The notes under the pieces are model-generated. The model was given only the letters and a program-made list of their open reading frames with translations, did no database searches and was not told the DNA's origin. A stretch of 64,000 nucleotides of DNA from Eledone cirrhosa (taxonomy: Eukaryota): the NCBI GenBank assembly GCA_964016885.1, contig OZ024742.1, forward strand, positions 280,550,001 through 280,614,000, given 5' to 3'. The position numbers and the translations under genes are program-made. Shown here one piece after another: positions 1-17,216 of this stretch (the first letter of the stretch is position 1; every line of letters starts with the position of its first letter).

Positions 1-846
1 ATATATATATATACATATACATCTATATATACATATTTATACATATATATATGTGTGTGTGTGTGTTTGTGTGTACATATGTTTATACACTCAAGTATTA
101 AGGGCAGTATTTTAAGAGATAGTTAATACTACATAGCTATTACTATAATTTAATTTAATAATATTTCAACTGTCGGCTTCTAAAACGGCTACTGTATATA
201 GTTTGATAGGAAGAAATGTAGGGCGGTCATCTGATTGGCAGGATATATTCGCCAAATACCTCACACGCTAGATATAAGATAACCATGTGGTTAAGAGACT
301 CGTTTCACAATTACATGGTTCATCGTTCAATCATATAGCAAGCCTTTTTGAATATTTGATGTTAACGATAATTTATATCAACGCAAGACATTTGAAAACT
401 GGTGGTTGGAATTTGAGTTGAGGCTCGTTGCATTGAACGTGTATATAGTCTTAAGGCATAGATGTTGGATGATTAGAATTGGGTCACTTAGTTGTGTAAT
501 GTGGGCAGTCGCCGGCTTTGTGGAAAGGACTAAATTAGTTGATCAGTTTTAAGTGATTTTCTGCACGATGGCATTACGTTAATATCAAGCAGACTAGGAA
601 ATGTATTTAGATTAGATGAAGGATGTCAGATTTAGGCTACTCTCCGCCAGCAAAAGCGAGAGAACTTGGGAGGTGAAAGTGACTAGAGTTGGTGGGAAAT
701 CACTCACACGCAAGTATATATATATATATATATACAAATCTACCTACCTTTACATACACTCAATACACGCTCACGCACACGCGCATGTACACCGAGACGT
801 ATATAAACACAAACATAAATACAAACATACACTTACATACATGCAT

Positions 847-894
<48 letters not shown>

Positions 895-898
<4 letters not shown>

Positions 899-1747
899 TT
901 CAAGATGCAACCAATAATACAACCAAGATGGAATGCAGTGTGGTGGAAAGAGATAAATAAAATACTGCCCCTGCATTACATCAAAAACATAGATCATCAA
1001 TAAGTATAGCCTTGACACTGTGATAGGAAGACTCCAACATAAGAAAACACCAGCACGAGACTTCATTGTCGGTTACTGGTAAAAAGAAAATCTGACATTC
1101 TATCAGATGTATCTTATCAACTTCTACTAGCCAACTACGAAGGCAATGCAAATGTACCAGGAATGTTGACATTAGCACAAACAGTATTGTCCCTCACGAA
1201 TAAAGACACCCACTTGGCAAAAAAATAACGACCCATTACATACCATAGATTTATGTATATAATATATACAGTCGGCCTGAACCTATCTCTCCAGGATCAC
1301 TGCGACAATAATAACATCATCCCAGATCTCCAAGCAGCAGAGAAAAAAAGTGTTTGAGGTGTGTTGAACAACTAATTAACAGATCCGGGATATCAGAGGT
1401 GCGATAACTTAGGCGGTATATGATTACGGTTTGGCTGGACTACAGGAAAGCATTTGATTCTCTTACCCACTCTTGGTTGATAGAGGCACTCCGAAATGCT
1501 AATGACCCAGACACAATTATCAGAGCTAAAGAGAACTTATCTTCTTTGGTTACTATATTAAAGTTAAAAACAGAGAAGGAGGACACTGTTTGCACTGATA
1601 ATATAGAATATCGCAGAATATTTCAAGGAAACAGTCCATCTCAGTGCTACTATTTATCTATCATTAAACCCCCTTGTCCTTTATCCTCAGGAAATGTGAA
1701 GGGATTGACTGACAAGAGGACATAATTACAAACCTAACTCATGACCT

Positions 1748-1750
<3 letters not shown>
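895..1750 (+). mobile_element. Decayed R4/Dong-like non-LTR retrotransposon RT fragment
   Basis: ORF 1420-1725 contains WLDYRKAFDSLTHSWLIE and IFQGNS, matching the RT motifs of the Dong copies at 22-37 kb. Upstream frames show KTPARDFIVGYW. Stops and frameshifts are present; flanked by (TA)n. Confidence 0.75.
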
Positions 1751-1830
<80 letters not shown>

Positions 1831-1834
<4 letters not shown>

Positions 1835-2048
1835 GTGGAACACTTGAAAGTAATATCCGTAGTGGTAGAGCACTCAGTCCAAGGGACGAGTTAGGTAGAA
1901 GTGGTTACACAACAGTTAGTTCACCATACCGAGAACAATTGTTTTACCTTAGCGGATCTTCAACTCGGAAAGATGATTCCGAGCTGAAAATCCGCTAAGG
2001 TGAAACAATTGTTCTCGGTATGGTGAACTAACTGTTGTGTAACCACTT
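1831..2048. repeat. Fold-back PLE-type 3' end: 72-bp inverted arms, each with an imperfect hammerhead
   Basis: Arms 1899-1970 and 1977-2048, loop AGATGA. The + arm reads ccgag CTGAAAA tcc gctaa ggt GAAA caattg TT ctcgg; the - arm has TTGAAGA and AAAA. Confidence 0.75.
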
Positions 2049-2290
2049 ATATATATGTACCCACGGGCTTACTAACTTCTTCTATCACCCTCCATTTGTT
2101 GAGAACAATCATGCTGTTTCTATTTAGCTGCTATTTTTAGTAACGAGATAGACAACACGTCTATGTTTTTCCCGCTTTCACCTCGGGTAGTTCACGTACA
2201 GGTCATTTTTCGGCCTTTTGTATCTGTGCTAGCTGGCAGATAACAATATATTTTATCGTTCCTGGGTCTTTAGCCCTAGGAAGGGAAAAT

Positions 2291-2372
2291 GCTTCTCTGA
2301 TGAGCCTTGATTTTCCATTAGAAATCCATTGGGTGTCTGGTGTTTTACAAGGCGAAACCGATCGGTAAGAGC
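2291..2372 (+). ncRNA. Type I hammerhead ribozyme with palindromic helix III
   Basis: gcttct CTGATGA gccttg..caaggc GAAA ccgatcgg TA agagc: full core, 6-bp helix II, GUA cleavage triplet. It lies in a 0.4-kb island between (TA)n tracts. Confidence 0.85.
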
Positions 2373-2452
2373 CATATGAATAGGTAAATATTTAAATTAT
2401 ATTTTTTAATTTATTTTAAAAAATTGGTTGAATTTTGCTTGTTCTGCTTATA

Positions 2453-2839
<387 letters not shown>

Positions 2840-5174
2840 TATGTTTACACATCTGCATCAGTATATCGCGCCCGCGTGCGTATAATGTAACACGTCTCAT
2901 TCACAAGATCGGGTACTAATACTCCGGCATGTGTCATGTGACATTCTGTGCTAACGTCATTAATATACAGTGTTTACAGATACAAACATAAACAATCTGA
3001 TATAGTCGCCCTTCTCTTTTTCCCCGCTCCAAGCTCAGGCATATGCTGAACTTAACACATGTGGTTTCATTTAAACCTCCTGTCAGACAGCGTCTGATGC
3101 TGGTGAGGTGGGGACGTGGAGTAAGAGTATCAGGTTGAGAATGGGTTGATGGGTGCTGTTTCTCGTTGAAACTTTGGTGACGAGACGGTTATTGTTATTT
3201 GTGTTGTTGGTGGTGGTGGGAATGGTGACGGGGAGTGTGGTGCTAATATTAATTGAGGGGTGGATTTGGTGCTCTTGGTGGTGTTAGATGTTTCTGATGG
3301 TGGTGACGGGGATATATTAGATGGTGATGGTGATTTTTGTGTATGTAATGGTAGTTTAAATACCACAGGTCAGCATTCATTGAAGAACCCCCTACTCCAG
3401 AGAATTCCGAAATTTCTATACATCCCCTTTCTTTTTACAAGTTAGGAATTCTTACCATAGTTGAATATTACACTTTATTAGTATTATTATATTAAACATA
3501 ATCAAGTACCAGTAATACACTGGGTATTTGCTGGCCTTGTGCCAAAAGTAGAAACAATTATATTAAACAGAATCATCAATATACACCAAAACCACTTCTT
3601 TCTGAACATAAATCCATGTATTTCAACGATGGTCGATGGATTTAGAAAATTTACAGTTCCTAGCAAATGAGGTAATATTGTAATTGTTGTAGATGCTGTT
3701 GATGATTTACCTCAGGTAGGGCCTGATCGAGCAAAAGTGGTATCCAAGGCGTTTCAGGCATCTATTCCAAATTGTTTTTAAAATATTCATCTAGGATTAT
3801 ATTACCCAATACATGATTAATCACACAGCCATTTCTGTGTAAAATATTTCCAAAATGTTTGTAGAATAGACTCACAAACTCCGAGAAATATTCCAAATAA
3901 TATAAACTGGTAAAATTACAATCATATTAGGGAAGTTTTTAAGTGAGAAATATATTAACAATATAATAGTTGAATATATTGTATACATTGTACTAATAGA
4001 CGCGTACAAGGAGGGCAGAAGTGCATGCGGGAAACGAACCTCGTACCTGCCGTGTGTCAACGGTTGTGAAATATCTCTCACAACATTTTTTCAAAGGTAA
4101 TTTATCAGATTTATTCGATTATTTTATAGTTAATATAAGCATTGTAGCAGCTTCACATAAGAAAAGTCAATCGATTTCAACAAAGCAAATGATAATTTAG
4201 TGTTGTTTTTTTTCTCTCCAATTTCACACGATCGCTTCAATATCTACTTTAATAAAAAGTGAGGAGCGAAAATTTTACTATCGGAAATTGAATTTTGTTT
4301 ATTAGGGTTCTACGTCATGAGTTGCGTGTGTATTTTTATATGCGAAGATTGTATATTTGTGAATCATTTCAGCAGTGTGCTGTGTTATGTCTGTTGCTTC
4401 CATCATTAAACCAGTATTATTGACAAGAATCCATTAGGTTAAAAATGAGTTGTCTACGAATATTTCCCTACCTGTTTCCTTCTCAATATGCAGTATAGAG
4501 TAATGTAAAAGCTCTTTCGTGTAAATGTATTGCGAGGCTTATTCCTCGTACTCATATGGTCAATACCGCAGGTTGAATATTCAAATTCATTGTAGCTTTT
4601 TATGTAGGTTTACCTCCTTATGGTGTAATTAGTAGTAAGAATTTAAGAAAATTGAATTTTAGGCTTTTTATAATAATAACATTTTTTCAACACGCTATCG
4701 CGTGTATGAACTTATTGTTATGGACGAGCAAACACAGACACATTTGCAAAACTAAATCGATTAAATTCATATATAGATTGTACACGTAAATGTAGTGAAA
4801 GTTAGACGCTGTATTCTGTAGTTCGTCATCACCACTTCCTACCTCACCTCTAGTGAGTGACACCATCACCCTTTCCTTCCTCAGTCATATCTAGTGTGTG
4901 ACAGAAGGACGGACCGATGGAAGTCGTTCAAATTTATATATAAATATAACTTGTCTTTCTTTAGTATTAAAAGTCAACACTGGCCAAAATGCATCCGTTA
5001 CAAAGATAAGAGCATGGTGTAGGGAATTTGGCGATGGGTTTAGATAATTTAATATTCCAAACAAACGGTAATTATATCATTAAAAAAACAAAACAAAACA
5101 GAAAACAAAGATAAAGCTAGCACACAAACATCTTTGCGGTTCAGATCAGAAATATATACAAATATATACAAATA

Positions 5175-5238
<64 letters not shown>

Positions 5239-6151
5239 GACGGAGTGAGCGAGAGGGAGAGAAATATATATATACATACACACGCACACACATAAATACA
5301 TATACATGAATGTAACACACACACACACGCATTTATATATATATATACATGTATGTATATGTATGTACATAGGATTGATGTATATTCCAAATTGGCTAGA
5401 CTGACCGAATTCTGCTGAATAGAATCGACTTTCAAAGAAGCATATAAAAACAAATAAAACGTGATATAAATTATATCGTACAATTTGATGTGTGCTGCGG
5501 GATGACATCGGCCCCTGACTGTAAAGCAGATGGATTTAATTGAAAAAATGGTGATAGCGTACTTAGATTATCTTGAACCTGTCACCAGACGGTACAAATC
5601 AAGCAAAGATGACGTCACTCACAACTCTGTTACGTTTGCGATGACATATAAGATGTTTCAAAATAGTTGAATTTGGATACACGAATTTGTGAGAAATTAT
5701 ATGTGCTCATATATTCTGAAACCTGTTCTCCTTTACGCTGTGGATGAGGCTGACATGCTCCCTAACCTCTGTACTATGCACTATGGTTGGGACACTTATA
5801 ACGTATGTATGTGTGTTTGTGTGTGTGTCTGTGAATGTGTATATATGTGTTCGCATGAGTATTTGTGTATGGATGATCGTGTGGGTGTGTGTGTGTGTGT
5901 ATGTGTGTATATGTGTGTATCTGTGTGTATCTGTGTGTAGTGTGTGTGTGATGGGGAAGGCTTATTAAGAAAATATTATATATGTCATGGATGAAAGGAA
6001 GGGAGAGAAATTGACGGCAGAAAGTGATGAGTACTGAAAGCTAACGCTCGTTACTAGATATCTATGCTTGCATACAAACCAAAGTCCACACATATACACA
6101 AACATACACACACATACACATATGTAAATATATATGTATATATATATATAC

Positions 6152-6330
6152 ATATGGTGGCTGCCAACTCGTTTTCGAGTACGGCAACTACTTTATATCT
6201 ATGTAGGAGAACACCTACCGATGCGCTGAACGAGTGTGACTTTTTAGTCCAGCCAGCGACTTGAAAACTCTGGTACAAACACTACACTTGTGACAATTAT
6301 TGACACATAGTGCTGAGCCCAAGGTACCAT
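6152..6330 (-). mobile_element. 3' end of an RTE-like LINE with a C-terminal C2H2 finger
   Basis: CSVCTRVFKSLAGLKSHTRSAH-stop followed by a short UTR running into (AT)n. The RTE assignment is inferred from this terminal finger. Confidence 0.55.
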
Positions 6331-6438
6331 GTGACGACACGTCAGAGAGATCTCCAGATATAAAGCAATGCCTGTGCCGTGAAGCTTTTATAGTGAGCAA
6401 AGGCACTGCACAAAGCCAATCCCACTCACTTAACCAAG

Positions 6439-6566
6439 ATGATATTTACCAAAAAGAAGAACATGCCAACATCATTCGATACCATCAGGGTTGCAGGTGT
6501 TATATCAGAGTTTTACTTCTCTTAGAATTCTGCCTTGACAAAGACTAAAGGGGTCATCTCTCCCGG

Positions 6567-6597
<31 letters not shown>

Positions 6598-6625
6598 CAT
6601 ACATACACACATATCTATCTATCTA

Positions 6626-6719
<94 letters not shown>

Positions 6720-6897
6720 TGTATGTATATAACTATATATCCAGGATGTATGTATGTATATATATATATCCGGGAGAGATGACCACTTTAGCCTTTGTCA
6801 AGGCAGAATTCTAGGAGAAGGAAAACTCTGATATAACACCTACAACCCTGATGGTATCCAATGATGTTGACTTGTTCTTCTTTTTGGTAAATATCAT
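6439..6897. repeat. Inverted repeat (about 130-bp arms) centred on a (TA)n tract
   Basis: 6439-6568 is the reverse complement of 6766-6897 with scattered mismatches. Confidence 0.9.
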
Positions 6898-6902
6898 ATA
6901 TG

Positions 6903-6989
<87 letters not shown>

Positions 6990-7132
6990 TTATCCGTAGT
7001 GTTGTAATATGAATATTATACACAGTAGATGGACAGCTCACGTAGGGTTTGCTCGACGGTTCCAGTTGTACTTTCAAAAGTAATCCGGAGAAAATAGAAG
7101 GATTTAAATGGATACTGTTCAGTAAAAGGAAT

Positions 7133-7253
7133 TTATTGACACGTGTTTCAATAACAGTTATAAAACCTGAAAACAGCTGCTTTCTACAAAGTATTAATTA
7201 TGCAGACACTCAATATTTCAATGTTATTTTCAACTCCCATTTCATCAGAATAA
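7133..7253 (-). ncRNA. Type I hammerhead ribozyme in a PLE-like 3' end (about 6987-7540)
   Basis: Minus strand: ttatt CTGATGA aat..att GAAA cacgtg TC aataa, with palindromic helix III and a GUC triplet. The downstream tail resembles 52890-53030 (ttttctccggatt, gagcaa, tccatc). Confidence 0.8.
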
Positions 7254-7704
7254 TATCATTGAGAACTTGTTTGGTTTTTATAGAGAATATTTAGAGGGAG
7301 GAGTGAAGTTGTTAGAAGAATAGTTAAGGGAGTGGATAGACATTTTTGATAGCAGTGGATAATTAGATTCCCATCTGTTATTTTGTTAGTTGAGTTTGAC
7401 ATTTTTATAGAATATTCATTATCTGGCGTTGGCTGTATTGGTTATTTTTCTAAATCTATAGAAGGATTAGAGATAGTAAAGATATGCACGGTTGGTTTTG
7501 TGTTTGCACTTAATTCACATACAGACTTAAATTTGTCTTTCAAGTGTACGTATCCGTTCGCCCACACATAAATATATGCGTATATATACTTATTTTTTAA
7601 AACATACACATTCACACACTTACATATATGTACACCTCTACAAATACATACACTCACATACACATACATACATGCTCATACTTACATACATATATACCTG
7701 TACA

Positions 7705-7735
<31 letters not shown>

Positions 7736-7749
7736 GTGTACATAAATAC

Positions 7750-8309
7750 GCATTCGCAACCACGCATTATTCTTCTTTCTTCTCATGTTTTTTATATATA
7801 TTTACCTCGGCTGCGTTTGTCTGTTTCTCTCTTACTGCTTCGTCGTTCTATCTGTTGCTGTCACCTTCTTTCGCCCCCTCTGTCAGTTACACTTTCTCTC
7901 GACTGACCTCTTCCTGGCACTTCCACTCACTCACTCTCTGTTTCTGCCCTTCTCACTTCCCCACGTTTGGCTAGTAGTGGGTTCCCTTGTTGCTCACATC
8001 TCACTCACGTCGGACAGTTTATATCTTGATCGCTCATGAAATCCACCAGCTTATGCTGACCAGATATCCATGTTGCTTGTTTATTCCCATCTTTGCGTTG
8101 CTTTCATCCTTCTATGTTGTTTACATGTCTCACTCGCTTTACGCGATATACTTGTCCCAATAGCTTTTTATAGTTATTGCTCGCACCAACCTGAGATATA
8201 TGATTTTTAATGCGACGAAATATCAATGATGGTTGGCAAATCACTGACGAAGGACTAATTTTATTATATCTAACCCATGTGCAACCACGCAGTCTTCTTC
8301 TTTCTTCTC

Positions 8310-8315
<6 letters not shown>
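7750..8315 (+). mobile_element. Pyrimidine-rich non-autonomous repeat with a terminal direct repeat and an HHR remnant
   Basis: gcaaccacgca..ttcttctttcttctcatgtttt occurs at 7756 and 8281 (period about 525). atcaCTGACGAaggactaa at about 8240. Homologous to 58826-59356. Confidence 0.65.
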
Positions 8316-8407
<92 letters not shown>

Positions 8408-8418
8408 TGTGTATACAT

Positions 8419-8477
<59 letters not shown>

Positions 8478-8480
<3 letters not shown>

Positions 8481-10517
8481 ACTAAGTGCGGACCTCGTGC
8501 TTGCGACAGGTTCAGAAAAGAACTCACAGCCTCCTTTAAAGGCTTCAACCTCTCTATACAGGTGGAAGCCAATCTCTCGGTCGTTAATTACCTCGACGTT
8601 ACCCTCAATTTATTGAATGTGTTGTATTACCCGTATAGAAAGCCGAATGATACGCTTAATTACATAAGTAAGCATTCCAACCATCCTGCCAGCATAACCA
8701 AGAACCTGGTAAGAAACGTTTCGTTGAGGCTTTCCCGTCTTTCCACCAACGAGCGTATTTTCAACGACCATTCCACTTATTACAATGAAGCTCTTGCTCG
8801 AAGTGGATTTGTCGATAAGGTAGCATATACAGAGTACGAACATATACCTAGAAGAAATAGATCCCGTCGCATTTGTTGGTATAACGCACCATATAATATG
8901 GAGGTGGCCACACCATTAGCCAAGACCTTTCTTTCCCTTATTACGAAGCATTTTCCCCCTACACATAAATATAGTAACATTTTTAATAGAAATACTATTG
9001 AAATGTCTTACTCTACGACTCCTAAACTTGCACATAACATCACAGCTTCAAATTTAGCTAAACTACCTAGCCGTAGGAACACGTGCAACCCTGTAGTTAG
9101 TACTAACTGTAACTGTAGGAATCGGGCTGATTGCCCCCTATCCGGGAAATGCCTCTCTAGTAACATTGTCTACAAATGTAAGGTTGTAACACCCACGTCC
9201 CGTAGGGCCTACATAGGGTTAACCGCCAATAGTTTCAAGCAGCGTCTTTACATGCATACCCATTCTTTTCGCTACCCTCTAAGAAGGAATATGACGTCAC
9301 TTTCAGCTTATATCTGGAGTCTAAAAGACAACCACACCCAATATAAGTTACACTGGGAGATCCTAGCTAGGGCTAGATCGTATAGCGGAAATAAAATACC
9401 ATGTGACCTCTGCGCCGCTGAGGCCCTGGAAATACTCTACGCCACAGACCACATCTTAAACAAAAGATCTGAGGCAATTTCGGCTTGTAAATATAAATTG
9501 CACAAAACTTTCCTGTATTACAGCCCCACGTTATACCCTAACGAATAGTACGATCTATACGTGGATATTTTACGTCTTGATGAGGGAGCTAAGTATATGG
9601 TTTGTTTATTCCTTTACTTATTTGCATAGGTAAGTATATTCTACCCGTATGTTTTGTGAAGGTACGTATAACTTCTCGTACGTATATTTGATTGTTATGG
9701 CGTATAATTTTATATATTCTGGTACATATGGTTTGGCTATGTGTATACGGGAGTTTTTGCGTCTGTGTGAGTATGCAGGTTCGTACGTATGGTGGGTGTG
9801 TGTATATGTGTACTTCTTGTTTTAGTTGACTTACGTCTCCGAACATTCGTGTATTTATATGTAGGCATGTGTGTGCGCTTGTTATATACGTATTTATTTA
9901 TTCATATACGTTTATATAATTATTTATTTATTTGTATACAAGCATACACACACACACATATTTATATGTGCGTGGTTTTTTATACCTATGGTAAGGTTTT
10001 GCGTATGCTTGTGTATGTACGTATTTGTTTGCGTGTATGTATTTATTTACTTTGTTCTTAACTCGGTAGCGGAGATTCATTTGGTCTCCTAGTTAGAATT
10101 TTAGTCTACGACTTCTGCTATACCATTTACGTGGTTTTGTCCTTGCGTGCTATTGTTCTCCACGCTCCACATATGACGTATTATCTTCGTTTTTTCGTTC
10201 ATTGCCAGAGAACGTCTCTATGCACCACCTAAGAGAACATTAGTCTACGACCTCTTTTATACCATAAACGTGGTTCTGTCTTTGCGCGTAATTGTTTTTC
10301 ACCGCTCCCATTAATGACGTATTATTCGTTTTTTCCCGTTCTTTGCCAGCGAACGTTTCCACGAACCAAAGCATCGTCTTCCTGTCTTCCACCGGTTGCA
10401 ACGTTTTTTGAAATATCCACTTCTGCGTTTACAGATTGACTTTGTTAGTTTCAGAAGATCCCGTTAAGGGTGAAAGCAGCGATTCTTTGCTTAAACTTTA
10501 ATCTGTTATTTTAATAA

Positions 10518-10521
<4 letters not shown>
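8478..10521 (+). mobile_element. 5'-truncated Penelope-like element (Naiad-like): RT C-terminus, GIY-YIG and 3' UTR
   Basis: Open frame 8478-9548 with [37 protein letters not shown] and CDLC..LNKRSE..C. The 3' UTR has two ~139-bp direct repeats (about 10100-10368) and a degenerate HHR at 10447-10497. The 5' end abuts (TA)n. Confidence 0.93.
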
Positions 10522-10593
<72 letters not shown>

Positions 10594-10598
<5 letters not shown>

Positions 10599-10712
10599 AA
10601 GGTGCGTGGCTGAGTGGTTAGAGAATTGGATTCGCAACTGTGAGGTTGTGAGTTCGGTTCCCGGATCATGTGAGGCGTTATGTCCTTGAGCAAGACACTT
10701 TCTTTCACGTTT
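10594..10712 (+). mobile_element. tRNA-derived CORE-type SINE, partial
   Basis: A-box tggctgagtgg and B-box gagttcggttccc, followed by the CORE-like tgtccttgagcaagacactt. Confidence 0.7.
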
Positions 10713-10987
10713 CACCTTCTACCTGGATTTGCGACTGATAGATAGTATTAGCAATTGAAAAAAGACCGATGGAAACATAGTTTCCTCGGTCCGATTTGAC
10801 GAAAGTCGATCGACTGTCATATATACACAAAATACAATATTTTGTATTTCTGGTCTGTAATACATCTGATAATTTACATTTAGCTAATTTTCTCACTGGT
10901 AATTGGGTAATACAAAATGTAAAACTTTCGTATTTATAATTGTATATATATTATAGATATAAGTATAAATACTATTATTATATATGC

Positions 10988-11063
<76 letters not shown>

Positions 11064-11078
11064 CTATATATATATATA

Positions 11079-11116
<38 letters not shown>

Positions 11117-11119
<3 letters not shown>

Positions 11120-11291
11120 TCGGCTGAGAAATTCATAGGCTAATCATAAATGAGTGATACTAGCGCAGTGCAATCTTGTATACATTAATTTCAAATCTCA
11201 TCAATTGTTTCTTTCCATGGATTATGTTGAAAAATGAAACTCATTTGATCTTTCCATAAGAATTTATTGATCGGCCTATGGATTTTTCCGC

Positions 11292-11295
<4 letters not shown>
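11117..11295. mobile_element. MITE-like element with imperfect TIRs, probably Tc1/mariner-derived
   Basis: tcggctgagaaattcataggctaatca versus the reverse complement of tgatcggcctatggatttttccgccga, flanked by TA. The same TIR start recurs at about 16680. Confidence 0.55.
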
Positions 11296-11359
<64 letters not shown>

Positions 11360-11639
11360 GCGGAAAAATCTATAGGCCAATCAAGAAATTTTACACTCTA
11401 ATATTCATCTGTAATAAATGATTTTAAAAAATTGCCAGATACAAGTCTTTCATTTTACATTTGATGTAAAAATTATTTCCATGTGTGTGAACAGTTATAA
11501 TATAAATACATTATAATTACGGCGTCGATAAAATAAAGTACCAGTAATACACTGGTTGATTGCTGGACTTGTGCCAAAAGTAGAAACAATAATATTCTCT
11601 AATTGGTATTGATCACTTTCTCCTATTAACTGAATATAT

Positions 11640-11699
<60 letters not shown>

Positions 11700-11936
11700 A
11701 TACTTGGGGAGGGTCATATTTATGTAATATTGCCAGAATTAATAACAGAACACACTCACTGTTTGGTTGGTTTTCGCTTTTCGCTTCTGTGTCTTTTATA
11801 TCGGTAATCTAATTTATTCGGTCCTCAATGTTGCCATTGACTGACCAAATCAAAAATAATACAGATACAGATACAGATAATATTGTTTCGACACACGATT
11901 TCATATCAAAAACCTCGCAAAACTAATTCATCGCCG

Positions 11937-12009
<73 letters not shown>

Positions 12010-12200
12010 ATATGTATATATGTATATATATACACATATATAGAATTCACAAGAATCAAAGCTATGTTCAAAGCATTTATTCACTTACAATTGTTTCATC
12101 GAAAACTAGCCTTGGGATCTTTGGAGAATTTTTCAATGTTTGCACATATAATTGACCTCCTTTCCGACGCAAGGGACATACAGATACATATATATATATA

Positions 12201-13700
12201 TTGATGTACACTGGGAGCGACAGCCCCCACAGCCATAATGCAATACCTAGCAACCAGACTTCTACACAACATAATAACCAGCAGGTTAACTTCCAAAATT
12301 ATTGTAAATGTAGATCTAATAGTCCCTGCCCTTTAGATAAAAACTGCTTAATGAAGGACATCATATACTCATGCACCGTCAGAACTAGAAACTCTTCTGA
12401 AACCTATATAGGCTCTACTTCGAACTGCTTCAAAACCAGATACAATTCATACCTCCATTCTTTCAAAAAACATATTCTAGCCATCTCCACTTCACTATAT
12501 AGCTACATACACTATCTAAAATCTAGAAATAGATATTATACTCTTCAATGGGAAGTGATAGGTAGGGCGGCATCGTTCAGACCACCTAATAAATCATGTA
12601 ACCTCTGTCTACTAGAGACCCATACTATAATCTTCTTGAACCTTAATCTCCTTAATAAAAAATCGGAGTGTTTGCGTCGTGCCAGCACCGCTTCCGGCAC
12701 TCCTTCCAAAACTTTAAACCCAATATATAACAATGTCAGACTTGAACCCATCACCGCTTCTAACACCACACCTCAAGGGCACACCTTACACCACAACACC
12801 ACACTCTCTGCTCCACCCTATCTCGACACAAATCATTCCATCTATCTATAACTTTATACCCTAGAAATATCTCCATAATCACCTACTTTTAATATAATTA
12901 CTTTCAATTACTTATAATTATGTAGTGATATAATACAGTCTATATAAACCTTAAATACTAGATACGGCAGTGAATTATATATGCAATTGTAATTAAATGT
13001 ATGGAGTAATAACATTGGCTATATATAGGATTAATTTATTAACATAATAGATCTGTCTAACTTATATGTAGGGTGCTGCAATGAATTATATATGAATTAT
13101 ATAAGAATTATATATGCAAGTATAACTTGATGGATAGATTAATGACATTGTAAATGAGGGATGTATTTGTCTGCCCTATTTGGTTTTGTCATGCAAACAG
13201 CCATACGCTACTCCATAACTTACCAGGGGTTATGTAGACCACATTCTAATACGTCCTCTGATGTGTTTTGAGAGTAGACTGTATTTACAGTGAACTTTGA
13301 TATAAAGATATGGCACTTTGTATGGGAAATTCAATTGCGGCACTATATAATAAGGAGTAATCAACTTACTATAGATACCTTTAGTACATTATGATAGAGT
13401 AGACTGTATTTAAAATTGAAAAATATATATAAATATATAACCGTTTATATAAGGGACTCAATTGAGGCACCATATAATGTATGTTAGAACAATGAATTTA
13501 GTTATGAGAATCAGCTAGTTACCTCCCCTTACGCATTAACTCCCCTTAATTACACACATAATTCCGGGTAATAAACTACTGTAAATTCTCGCAGTAGAAA
13601 GAACCTATTCTATAAATATGGATTAAATAACACTGAGCTTCAATACACTACAATAATTGAATGCATCAAACATTCACTACGGAATCATCGTTACTTATGT
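12201..13700 (+). mobile_element. PLE 3' fragment: GIY-YIG endonuclease and 3' UTR
   Basis: CKCR..CPLDKNC..DIIYSC..YIGST..FKTRY..CNLC..LLNKKSE, with a frameshift near the end. The 3' boundary is approximate. Confidence 0.85.
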
Positions 13701-13733
13701 GATGGATGTAAAAACGATTTTCTTGACGAGAAA

Positions 13734-16589
<2,856 letters not shown>

Positions 16590-17133
16590 TATAACTATAT
16601 GTATATATATATATATGTTATATGTATATATGTATATATATACATTTATATATTATACACACACATTATGTATATACGATGGTCGGCTGAAGATATCTTT
16701 TCAGGCGCAGCCACTCAACTTACTGAAAACGGATGAGGTTATAAGACTGATGCATCTACCAAATAAGATTGTAGAGAAGGAAATTGGACTAGAGAGTCAT
16801 ACCAGACCATTGCTTTGTGTACTCGTTCCTACCCAACCCCGTGTAGCTAAATATACCTTGCAAATATAAACGAAAATGCTGAGAGTCGTGTAGATATATA
16901 AAAACAAATACGTTATATGACCACCGTGTTTGATTAGAATTATCTAATAGAAATATATACACATAGCCATACATAAAGCTTCACACATTCACACGTACGC
17001 ACAACCACACACACGTAAGCATACACACACGTATATACATATATTTAAGTAAGTGTGACGTAGTTGATCAAGCTATAGTTCATGGTCTTGTCTGATCTTT
17101 GCTACCCAAGGCATGTGGCCTAAACCGCCTCGC

Positions 17134-17216
17134 AAATGCAACGTGTTGCGTGGAAATGCAATGTGTTGCTTGGAAATGCAATGTGTTGCGTGGAAATGCA
17201 ACGTGTTGCGTGGAAA
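17134..17216. repeat. Minisatellite, 20-bp unit, about 4 copies
   Basis: aaatgcaa(c/t)gtgttgc(g/t)tgg repeated. Confidence 0.9.

Noticed and set aside
11870-13620. HHR 3' halves at about 11880(-), 12085(-) and 13598(+)
   Set aside because: No matching CTGANGA half found, so they were not counted.
17134-17216. Regular 20-bp repeats as a CRISPR-like array
   Set aside because: No spacers; eukaryotic minisatellite.
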